This document shows positions 28,331-37,218 of a DNA stretch of 64,000 nucleotides, piece by piece. The notes under the pieces were generated by a model, which searched no databases, was not told the origin of the DNA, and worked only from the letters and a program-made list of their open reading frames with translations. Numbering within the stretch: position 1 is the first letter of the stretch; the number at the start of each line of letters is the position of its first letter. The position numbers were made by a program, and so were the translations under genes. The DNA comes from a virus (taxonomy: Duplodnaviria > Caudoviricetes): the IMG/VR virus record IMGVR_UViG_3300035130_000336, positions 1 through 64,000 of that record; one strand, 5' to 3'.

Positions 28331-29017
28331 TTGATTTCAATGAGTTACTTCAATTACGATCGAAAAAGATGGGCTATTGAAGATATCGCGACTTGTTATG
28401 AATGTGCGGAGAAAGTGGGTATCAAAGAAAAGCTGTTCATCAATTTCGGTTTGTTATTGGGAATCATAAGAGAAAATGATTTTATTCCAAATGATGATGA
28501 TGTCGATATTTGCGTGCAATCCGATAATGTTTCAAAAAGGCAACAGGAAGAGTATATCAATCGTCTGGATGATCATGGATTGTTTTTCGCACGGGAAAAA
28601 AAGGTAAAGCGATTTGATAAAGATATGTATTTATGGTTTTCGTTGAGAAAAGAAATCAATAGATCAAAATTTTGCCATTGGTGGGGATTTAATTGGCAAG
28701 GTTATTATTGGTGGTCTAAAGGAAGAAAATGGGTGCGTCCGAATAAATTTGATGGATCACGATGGGGATATGAAGATACTGATGAAGGAATTGCCTTAGG
28801 AATACCGTTAAATTATGTTGAAAAATTAATGTGGATTAAATTCAAAGGAATTAAAATTCAAATTCCTGAAAAATACGGGCATGTTTTGGATTGGGAATAT
28901 CCGGGATGGCCGGTACCGCAATCGGGAAGCAGCAGAAAACAGGTTGCATGCATCATACCAAAATGGAATAATCCGCGAGATTGGAAGATAAAAACCGCTT
29001 CTTTATCTTTGTATTAA
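28331..29017 (+). CDS. LicD-family phosphotransferase
   Basis: FGLLLGIIRENDFIPNDDDVDI and IPEKYGHVLDWEYPGW motifs. Confidence 0.85.
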   Translation: MISMSYFNYDRKRWAIEDIATCYECAEKVGIKEKLFINFGLLLGIIRENDFIPNDDDVDICVQSDNVSKRQQEEYINRLDDHGLFFAREKKVKRFDKDMYLWFSLRKEINRSKFCHWWGFNWQGYYWWSKGRKWVRPNKFDGSRWGYEDTDEGIALGIPLNYVEKLMWIKFKGIKIQIPEKYGHVLDWEYPGWPVPQSGSSRKQVACIIPKWNNPRDWKIKTASLSLY

Positions 29018-29074
29018 TATTTTTTTGTTTTTATTAACGTATGCGGTACGTGTGTCGCATACATTAGGTGCAAT

Positions 29075-29944
29075 ATGGCAAATGAAAACATGAATATTAT
29101 ACGCGCGGGGCAAGACACAGCGCGTCCTGTGCCGAAGATAAATACAATTACGTGCGGTGATTGTATTGAGGTTATGCAATTAGTACCAGACAAAAGTGTC
29201 GATATGATTCTTTGTGATTTACCTTATGGTACTACCCAAAATAAATGGGATACTGTAATCCCATTTGTGCCGTTGTGGAAGCAATACAATCGTATTTGCT
29301 TAGGTGCCATTGTTCTTACTGCAAGTCAACCATTTACATCTGCCATAATTATGAGCAATCTAAAAATGTTCAAACACGAATGGATTTGGATAAAAAACAG
29401 GGGAAGTAATTTTGCAAATACAGTGCGTGAACCGATGAAAGAGCATGAATCGGTTTTGGTTTTTGCTTATGGCAAATGGACATACAACAAACAGATGCAA
29501 GAAAGAACCGGAGGAGGTCTGTCTAGGGTTGGGTACAAGTTTACCTGCTGCACCGAAACCGAAAACTATGGGAGGATAGGTAACCCAAAAGAAGCGCAGG
29601 GAGAGTTGCGGGTTCCATCTTCGTGGCAAAAGTTCAATACTGAGGTTGGATTGCATCCAACACAAAAACCAGTAGCCCTTTTCGAGTACCTAATCCGCAC
29701 CTACACAAACGAAGGTGATACGGTTCTGGATAATTGCATAGGTTCAGGCACAACAGCAATAGCCTGTATTAACACCGGAAGAAATTATATCGGAATTGAG
29801 AAGGAAGAAAGATACTGCCGGATAGCAGAAGAGCGCATCCATGCGCTAAGAAGCCCCGTGCAGAACACTAAAGAAATTTGCCATACAGCACCTAACAGCG
29901 GTAGGGATGCCATGCTGCTGACACTATGGAATGAGAATAAATAG
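29075..29944 (+). CDS. DNA N4-C/N6-A methyltransferase (beta class)
   Basis: CDLPYG, HPTQKPV and VLDNCIGSGTT motifs. Confidence 0.92.
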   Translation: MANENMNIIRAGQDTARPVPKINTITCGDCIEVMQLVPDKSVDMILCDLPYGTTQNKWDTVIPFVPLWKQYNRICLGAIVLTASQPFTSAIIMSNLKMFKHEWIWIKNRGSNFANTVREPMKEHESVLVFAYGKWTYNKQMQERTGGGLSRVGYKFTCCTETENYGRIGNPKEAQGELRVPSSWQKFNTEVGLHPTQKPVALFEYLIRTYTNEGDTVLDNCIGSGTTAIACINTGRNYIGIEKEERYCRIAEERIHALRSPVQNTKEICHTAPNSGRDAMLLTLWNENK

Positions 29945-30417
29945 GCGGCACGACACACGTACCGCATAGGTTGTCTTATAACGGATCGCGCAACGGTTGA
30001 TCGTTTTAATGTCAACCTTGCGCTGTTGTGTGAATGTAAAATTGATTACCATAATATTATTTTGCGAACGGTGTTATTTTTTTAAACTACCGGGCTTGTG
30101 ATAACCGCCTGTTTCCATTCTTGCACGCACCTTAAGCTCTCCAATGTTGCTTTTCATCATTTTATCAAAATCTTTTTGACGAGAATCGAGCCTTTTAAAT
30201 CTCATTTTAACTTTCATAGAACCTCCAATGTAGTGAGCAAAAACTATTTATATAAAAATCAATTTTATTTCCACACAAATACTAAATATATGTAACCATA
30301 TTAATATATTAATATGCTTCATTTAATTCAATATTAAATTAGGATATTTCGTTTCTATGCTATTGTTTTAATAGCGCAACATTATAAGACCCTTCCTAAA
30401 AATCTATATAAGTAGTA

Positions 30418-30636
30418 GTGATTTTCAAGATCCTATGTCCTAACCATAGGTATGAAAAAATACTTATGGCGTATGAACCCGAATTGCGGAGATTTTGGGT
30501 GAATTGTCGTGGCTATAAATGCAAACGATGGATTCAAATCGACATAAATAATGTTGGTGGGGTAAATACGACGCTTATGCCTAAAGGTTATCTATTCGAT
30601 TTCGAAACGATGCCAACACTCGTAAAGGGAATATGA
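30418..30636 (+). CDS. small zinc-finger protein (Com-like)
   Basis: CPNH...CRGYKC; directly upstream of portal. Confidence 0.45.
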   Translation: MIFKILCPNHRYEKILMAYEPELRRFWVNCRGYKCKRWIQIDINNVGGVNTTLMPKGYLFDFETMPTLVKGI

Positions 30637-32747
30637 TGAATCAGCCGATTGGATTGGTTTCCGATACGAAATTTCCCATTGAAGAAATTAATATAAATAC
30701 CAAAACATCCCGTAGGATGCGATCGTCCGACGGCGAACTGGTTCGGTACGTTGAAGATAAACATCGACATTGGGTTGATTATCACTCTCCTGCACGGAAA
30801 CGATTATATGACGTCCTCGAAGCATTTATGGATATCAACGGCGGGATGTGGCCGAAAAAAGAACGTGATGAAATAACCGGTTCCGGTCGTCATGCGGCGA
30901 GTATAAATATCGCCAAACAAAAAATGGAAACACTCAGCGGTTCGTTGATGTCGGAAAAATTTGATTTCGATTTCAAGCCGTTGGATATCGAAGAAAATAC
31001 CCTTATAGAATCCATCAAGCACTGGTATTTCGCTGACAAGGAACAATACAACTATCATAACGCGGATAATCAGACCAATATTTCAGGACTTCTCCATGCC
31101 GGTGTTCAGACGATGTATATCGATTACAATATACGTCGTACCGGAGCGATCGGCTTTAAACCTTTAACCGATGGTATGGTTCTTTCCGATCCTTATTGGC
31201 AGACAAATGAAAATAAGGATTGGCGGGAAGCGATGATTGACGGTTATTTGACTCCTTCGAAAATGATCGAGGATTTCAATATAACCGATGATGGAATCAG
31301 AAAACTTGCTGAAGCTGATTTTTATATTGGTGAAACATATGAGGGACAGGATGATGTAAGGGCGTGGGAAAATTTACCGAACAGAGAAGGTTCGCGTTTT
31401 CTTGTCAGTGAATACCGATGGCTGGAAAAATTAAAAACAACGAGATTGCATGCACAATTACCTGATGGAGAGTGGTTTGCTTTTCCGCTTAAAGTAAGGG
31501 AAGAACAGGTAAGAGATTTCATCGAAAAAATGGAAATTCATTGGTCCGATATCAGGGAATTTCCTTATGAAGACAATATTCTTCAGTATTGCATAATTTC
31601 ACCGGATTTGACCGGCATAGCTCCCGACTTGATATTTGTTCGCGGAAAACATCCGATACAGTGCGGCGGTATCGGACTTTTTAAATTTTCCGCCACCCGC
31701 ATGTTCGGTATCGATAAAGGGCTGTTCGAATACATCCTTGATTTGAACAGGACGTTGAATTATCGGCAATCCAAGATAGACGATATTATCGCTTCCGCCG
31801 CGTCGGGAATGGCTTTTGTCAATAAAAACAAAATCGGTGGGGATGCGGGTATCCGGCAATTGGCGCAGAATAAAACCCGTCCCGATTACATTCATCCCGT
31901 TGATGGTTCTCCGGATGGCGTAGCGACACTGTTTCCCATCAATCAGGTTCCCGAGCATATTTTCCGGGAAGTAAACAATATCATCGATCTTTTCGATCGG
32001 GTAAGTCCGGTTACTCCCGCGTTGGAAGGTGCGGCGACGAAAGACGAATCGGGAATTTTGCTGGAAATGCGGCATGAAATAACCAAGCTCGGGACGTTGC
32101 GGCTTTATAACAACTGGCAGCAGTTTTTAATGGACAAAGCGGAAGCGTGGTACAATCAGGCCCAAATCACCTATAAAAATTTGTATCGTAAAGTGCCGTC
32201 GGCGAACGGAGCGGGAAGTGTCGAGTTTAACGTTCCGGCTTTCAGAACGACGGCTGAAGGAACGCGGGAAAAGGTGTATATCAATTCGATCGGCGATTTG
32301 CCGAGAGCGAAAGTGATCGTGACGCTTTCGAAAGCTTCACCGACGAAAAGAATGGCGCGACGGCTTGAATTGTTCGATACGACGAAAATGCTGTCGGCTC
32401 ATCCCGAATTGTTCAAGAACGAAATCAGAATTCTCACGAACGATCTGATCAGTACGATAGAGCGTGAACCTGAAGAACAGGTCAAATTGGAACGAATGCA
32501 AACCTTGCAGGAGATGCGCGATATCCTTGAAATATTCACTCAAATCGAAAGTTTGAAAGCGCAAGGCATGGAAGCGCAAATGATGCAGAAAAGATTGAGC
32601 GATATGATGCAGAGCGCTCAGGGAGCCATGCAGCAAATAACCGGACAACAACAGGTTCCCGAACAATTCGAGACCGCGAAGAAACGGATGCCATTTACTC
32701 AGGAACAACCTGCGGCACCAACCGGAGAAAACGGAGGAATGAGGTGA
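30633..32747 (+). CDS. portal protein (P22-like)
   Basis: 704 aa; GGMW...SINIAK, ESGI..E..and a Gln-rich C-terminus; upstream of scaffold and capsid. Confidence 0.8.
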   Translation: MMNQPIGLVSDTKFPIEEININTKTSRRMRSSDGELVRYVEDKHRHWVDYHSPARKRLYDVLEAFMDINGGMWPKKERDEITGSGRHAASINIAKQKMETLSGSLMSEKFDFDFKPLDIEENTLIESIKHWYFADKEQYNYHNADNQTNISGLLHAGVQTMYIDYNIRRTGAIGFKPLTDGMVLSDPYWQTNENKDWREAMIDGYLTPSKMIEDFNITDDGIRKLAEADFYIGETYEGQDDVRAWENLPNREGSRFLVSEYRWLEKLKTTRLHAQLPDGEWFAFPLKVREEQVRDFIEKMEIHWSDIREFPYEDNILQYCIISPDLTGIAPDLIFVRGKHPIQCGGIGLFKFSATRMFGIDKGLFEYILDLNRTLNYRQSKIDDIIASAASGMAFVNKNKIGGDAGIRQLAQNKTRPDYIHPVDGSPDGVATLFPINQVPEHIFREVNNIIDLFDRVSPVTPALEGAATKDESGILLEMRHEITKLGTLRLYNNWQQFLMDKAEAWYNQAQITYKNLYRKVPSANGAGSVEFNVPAFRTTAEGTREKVYINSIGDLPRAKVIVTLSKASPTKRMARRLELFDTTKMLSAHPELFKNEIRILTNDLISTIEREPEEQVKLERMQTLQEMRDILEIFTQIESLKAQGMEAQMMQKRLSDMMQSAQGAMQQITGQQQVPEQFETAKKRMPFTQEQPAAPTGENGGMR

Positions 32748-32994
32748 AAAAGACGAAACCTGAACCGACGGATATCCAAAAAAATCTGGACAACAGGAAT
32801 AAGACTTTGCAAGGATGCGAACATAATTCCTATGAAAGTGAACCTGATCCCGAACCCGATCTTATGCTGTTCGGCATAAGTGGCTGATTCGTTCGGGAAT
32901 GAGGATTTTTAATAAATGATTGTCAAGAAAAAGCAGCCCGATAAGCAGCCAACTGTTTTTGACGGACCCAACTGCAATTCGAAAGGACGATTGA

Positions 32995-34575
32995 ATGGAT
33001 GATGTAGCCATGGAAACACTTGTTTTTACGAGTGAAGAAGAAAGACAGAAAGCTTTAATTGACATACCGGATGAACCGCCCCCCGGCGTTGACATCGAGG
33101 AATGGCAAAAGGAGCAGGACGAAAAAGTAAAAAAAATAGTCGAAGCTTCCATTTCCGAAGAAGCGGCTCCGAAAACGGAATCCAAAACCGATGAAGGACA
33201 CCCTCCCGCGAAACCGGAACAAGAAGATAAGACGAAACAGCCCGTGGAGGAGGAAGACGAATACGTAGATTTTTCCGCGCTTGGAAAAATGAAAAAATCC
33301 GAATTGCCGGAGAATTTGCGTCCCTATCGAAGTCCTCAGGAAATCATCAAGCAGGCGGCTCACGCGAGACGTTATGCGAATAGTGCCGAGGATAAGATAC
33401 GTCAATATGAAGAGAAGATCACGGAATTGCAGTCAACAGCCGGAAAAGTTCCTGATTTGCAGAAGCAACTTGAAGAACTTAAAAAGGCGACTGAAGACGC
33501 GAAGAAATCCGTTGAGCAAAAGCCTTTCATATCATCCGGGAAACGAGCGGAATTCAATACGAAATTGGATGAAATCAACGCCCGGATAGAAAAATTGAAG
33601 GATTACGGCGGAGAAGATGTTGATGCTCTTCAGAGTGTGATGTCCGGTACGGTCGAAGTTTTCAAGGATACTCTGGCCGAACTTGATTCGGTAAAGGATG
33701 AATTTACGAGTTATCGTAAAACCGCCGAATCACGATATGCCAATCTTGAAAAAAGCATTAAAAGCGTATCGGAAATGACCCAACGGGCTGAGGAAAAAAG
33801 AAAGTTGGAGTTTGAACAAAAAACAGCGGAAAGAAATCTGGAGGAGTTACAATCGAAGTTTCCCGAATTAAAGACGACGAAACCTTTATATGCCGACAAC
33901 AGGGATGACCTTGAATCGGCGATCGTCAGAATGGCTGAAGTAGTATATGATAGAAAGCCGAAAAATTTTGATGAGATAAACAGGTTCGTCAGTGATTTTA
34001 ATGCGAAAAATCCTGAACTTATTAAAATTTGTGAAAGGAACAGTATTTTCCCCGGCAATTTCGGCATTAATCCAAATGATATCCGGAATTACGGAATACT
34101 CATGAATGTTTACTGGAGGCAACGGGGAGAACGCATTGATCCTATGACCGGTTCCCGTATACCGGTTACCGATTGGAGAGGACAGAAAGTAACGTTTCCG
34201 GATTTCGCATCCACGTTTCAACATATGAAGGAAAGTGAAGGGATAACGACTGCGGAAAAGGAATTGGCGATTATTGAGGCTGAAAAAAAGGGACAGCAAA
34301 ATCTTGATGCATCCCTTAAAAAACGCGATACATCACCGCCGACGCTCGAACCGACCGGTTTACCGCCTGAAGGACAGGGTTTGACTGAAAATCAGGCGTT
34401 GGAAATCATTGGTGAAAGAAAGGGCCGGATGACCGTTGACGAAGAAAAAATGGAACGGTTGTTACGGATCGGTGATAAGCGCGGATGGGATATGTTCAAA
34501 GCGTTGCAAGCAGCCCATGAGACTTTAGGAATGCCGATTCCGCAGCCGGAACCGTATTGGAGAAATTCTGCCTGA
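32995..34575 (+). CDS. capsid scaffolding protein (putative)
   Basis: Acidic N-terminus and long coiled coil; between portal and capsid. Confidence 0.6.
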   Translation: MDDVAMETLVFTSEEERQKALIDIPDEPPPGVDIEEWQKEQDEKVKKIVEASISEEAAPKTESKTDEGHPPAKPEQEDKTKQPVEEEDEYVDFSALGKMKKSELPENLRPYRSPQEIIKQAAHARRYANSAEDKIRQYEEKITELQSTAGKVPDLQKQLEELKKATEDAKKSVEQKPFISSGKRAEFNTKLDEINARIEKLKDYGGEDVDALQSVMSGTVEVFKDTLAELDSVKDEFTSYRKTAESRYANLEKSIKSVSEMTQRAEEKRKLEFEQKTAERNLEELQSKFPELKTTKPLYADNRDDLESAIVRMAEVVYDRKPKNFDEINRFVSDFNAKNPELIKICERNSIFPGNFGINPNDIRNYGILMNVYWRQRGERIDPMTGSRIPVTDWRGQKVTFPDFASTFQHMKESEGITTAEKELAIIEAEKKGQQNLDASLKKRDTSPPTLEPTGLPPEGQGLTENQALEIIGERKGRMTVDEEKMERLLRIGDKRGWDMFKALQAAHETLGMPIPQPEPYWRNSA

Positions 34576-34609
34576 TATTATCAGGCAATAAACTAAAAGG
34601 AGCTTAAAA

Positions 34610-35896
34610 ATGGGTGTCAGGAATTACACCGATTTGAATACTCTTTCGGGCGGAAGTCTTGTTGTACGTAAATTCAGCAATACTCTCCGTCGGAGAGCTA
34701 TTCCGAAATCGATTTATGCGAACATTACCGGTGAACGCATCATTTATAAACGGCAGGAATTGTCGATGCCTTCCGCCGTTATCGAACGTTTGTCACCGGA
34801 GGAAATCGGTGGAGCGAACAATGTTCGCGTCGGATTGAAAATGGAAGCGAATGCGAATATCATTCGCGGCAATGGCGTCGCGATGGGAACTGAAGTGGCT
34901 CCCGTCGTGAAGAGCGGTACATTATTTCGTAATAATTACCGCGTTGTTTTTCAGGACAAACCCGGATACGGAGAGCACAAACTCGACGCCGAGTTTTTCA
35001 ATCTCTATGAGCAACATGCGAAGGATCTGGCTCCTCATGCGGCGGCGGAGGAAGACCTTGAAATTCATATGGGGCTTATCGAGACGAACGGATGGAACCT
35101 GCAATTCGGTTCTACGGCAAATACCTGTCCGGCGCAATGGAACCGGCACTGTTATGTTGCCAATGCCGGAACCATCTATCAGCAACCGCAGTTTCATCCG
35201 AACTGGGCAACGTATACCAACCGTATAGTTGCGGCGATTGATACCGCTTCCGGAGGGACGGGAACCTTTCCGCAAACTGCTGCTCAGATGCTGAGCGGAC
35301 AGGTAATGGATGAGCTTGTCAGGTTCGCGTTCATGCGTAGATTGTGGCCGCTTTCGATCGAAAACAATCAGGCGTTTCTTCTTACCGTTTCCCAGCTTCA
35401 GGCGGCGCGTTTTTCGAATCCGCGATTCGTCGATACGCTTGGTTCACGGTATACCCGTGTTGATGATATCAAGGATAGCAAGGTACAAAACTGGTACGGA
35501 ATGCTTGGCAAATGGGAAAGTGCCGCCGGAGCGACGATTTATCTCGTTCGTGATGACAGGCTCGCCACCCTTCTGCCGAGTGGTACGGCGGCTCCGTACG
35601 GGTTGCAGGCCAATTATATGTGGCCGACCGCCAACGACCAGCGGCAGCTTGAAAATCCGCTGGTAAGGGATGCGTCGATTCTTCACGGGGCTGGCGCTCT
35701 TTACCTGCTTGAACCGGAAAAAATGCACATGATATCTCAGGATTGGGATTACAACGTGCGTAACGGTGTCGGGTATGCCGGTGTACGAGGATATCAGCAT
35801 ATGCAGTTTGACAATACTCCCGTTGATCCGACGGGTGCTGCGAGAGAGTATTTCGGTTCGGTGCTTGTTGTACTCGGGCGTGTTGAAAACGCATGA
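34610..35896 (+). CDS. major capsid protein (putative)
   Basis: 428 aa, strong AAGGAG RBS, position after scaffold, followed by a hairpin. Confidence 0.75.
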   Translation: MGVRNYTDLNTLSGGSLVVRKFSNTLRRRAIPKSIYANITGERIIYKRQELSMPSAVIERLSPEEIGGANNVRVGLKMEANANIIRGNGVAMGTEVAPVVKSGTLFRNNYRVVFQDKPGYGEHKLDAEFFNLYEQHAKDLAPHAAAEEDLEIHMGLIETNGWNLQFGSTANTCPAQWNRHCYVANAGTIYQQPQFHPNWATYTNRIVAAIDTASGGTGTFPQTAAQMLSGQVMDELVRFAFMRRLWPLSIENNQAFLLTVSQLQAARFSNPRFVDTLGSRYTRVDDIKDSKVQNWYGMLGKWESAAGATIYLVRDDRLATLLPSGTAAPYGLQANYMWPTANDQRQLENPLVRDASILHGAGALYLLEPEKMHMISQDWDYNVRNGVGYAGVRGYQHMQFDNTPVDPTGAAREYFGSVLVVLGRVENA

Positions 35897-35927
35897 AGTT
35901 GAAGTAAAAACAGTTTGTAAATTTTTG

Positions 35928-35960
35928 AGGGTAGTATCCCGCTTTGCGGGACTACCCTTA
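35928..35960 (+). terminator. hairpin after the capsid gene
   Basis: AGGGTAGTATCCCGC-TTT-GCGGGACTACCCT stem. Confidence 0.55.
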
Positions 35961-35984
35961 TATCCATTAAAAAAGGGATGAATT

Positions 35985-36620
35985 ATGAATGAACTGGCTG
36001 AAATTCTGAAGTCGCAGGAGGAACGGGACCGATTAAAAAGAGTCGAACAATTACGGCGAAAGGGAGAACGGTTCATACGTGTTCGATATAAAGGACCGAT
36101 TATTCCTGAAATCGATCATGAAGGCATCTGTTACAATATCAGGCCGCATGGACTGAGAGATGTCGAAGCGTATGAATCATCGGATATAAATACCGGGCGG
36201 ACGGAATGGAAATCGAGAAAAGGCGCTCGTGTTTTATACTTTCGCCAGACAGCAAGCGGGGATATTGAAGCTGACATATGGGATGATCCCGACGGCTGGA
36301 ATCGAAGATACATCGCATCGCATCCCGACGATCTTGAGGTATTGGATGATAAGTTAAGAGAGGAAATCAGAGAGGAAGCCAAGAAACCATTCAAAGCCGA
36401 ACTCAGTAGAAAAGAGCAATTGGAAAGAGACATCGCCGAAAAAGTGCGTGAACTCGAATTGATAAATCAACAGGAAAATGAAGCCGGAAACAGGAAAAGA
36501 GGAAGGCCGAAAGGAAGTGTAACGAATGGCATCAACGAGTCAACATCTGGCGTGGATAGCTCTGGAGTGCCACGGGTGGCAACCGGAGGGGACAGAGAAG
36601 GGAATACTTCCTCTTTATAA
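35985..36620 (+). CDS. hypothetical virion-associated protein
   Basis: 211 aa ORF in the structural operon; KRGRP motif. Confidence 0.65.
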   Translation: MNELAEILKSQEERDRLKRVEQLRRKGERFIRVRYKGPIIPEIDHEGICYNIRPHGLRDVEAYESSDINTGRTEWKSRKGARVLYFRQTASGDIEADIWDDPDGWNRRYIASHPDDLEVLDDKLREEIREEAKKPFKAELSRKEQLERDIAEKVRELELINQQENEAGNRKRGRPKGSVTNGINESTSGVDSSGVPRVATGGDREGNTSSL

Positions 36621-37209
36621 TCAGGCACACCGGATACTGAACACGGCTGAACGGGAACAGAATCTTCTTTACGATTCCGCTACCGGAGATTTTCCTTTTA
36701 TTGCTACCGCTGATAATACCTTTCAGTATAATTGTCCGGAAACCGTTTGGCAGGTTAAACATATCGTAATTGATTGGGACGCCGATCTGCCGTCGGCATG
36801 GACAAATGAATGGTTAGTTGAAGCACTGCACTTTGAGGGAATGGAATATCGGCGGATTCTCAATGTAAAAACCAGACCCGCGAGAGTAGCCGGAAGTGGA
36901 AACGTCACTCCGGCTATTCTCATGTTCCGAGGAGTAAATCCCGGAAATACCACTTCTCTGTTTCGCCGCATAGCCTATAAATTACCCACGGAAATTACCT
37001 CACAGAGAATACAGCATGAATGTCCGAGTCCGGAAGCGGAACAGATTTTGATGCAGGCTACAATGTCGCTTATCGATGCCGTCAATGATCATAAAAAACA
37101 ATTGGCGGTAACGAAATATATCGAAGATGTTTTAAAGCCGAAATACTGGTCGGAACTTGATAATGGAGAACAGGGGATTTCGTTGTTTTGTACGAAAAGA
37201 CCTTTTTGA
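36526..37209 (+). CDS. head-tail adaptor protein (putative)
   Basis: Size and position; N-terminal helix (LYNQA) and beta insertion as in podophage adaptors. Confidence 0.55.
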   Translation: MASTSQHLAWIALECHGWQPEGTEKGILPLYNQAHRILNTAEREQNLLYDSATGDFPFIATADNTFQYNCPETVWQVKHIVIDWDADLPSAWTNEWLVEALHFEGMEYRRILNVKTRPARVAGSGNVTPAILMFRGVNPGNTTSLFRRIAYKLPTEITSQRIQHECPSPEAEQILMQATMSLIDAVNDHKKQLAVTKYIEDVLKPKYWSELDNGEQGISLFCTKRPF

Positions 37210-37218
37210 CGATTTGCT

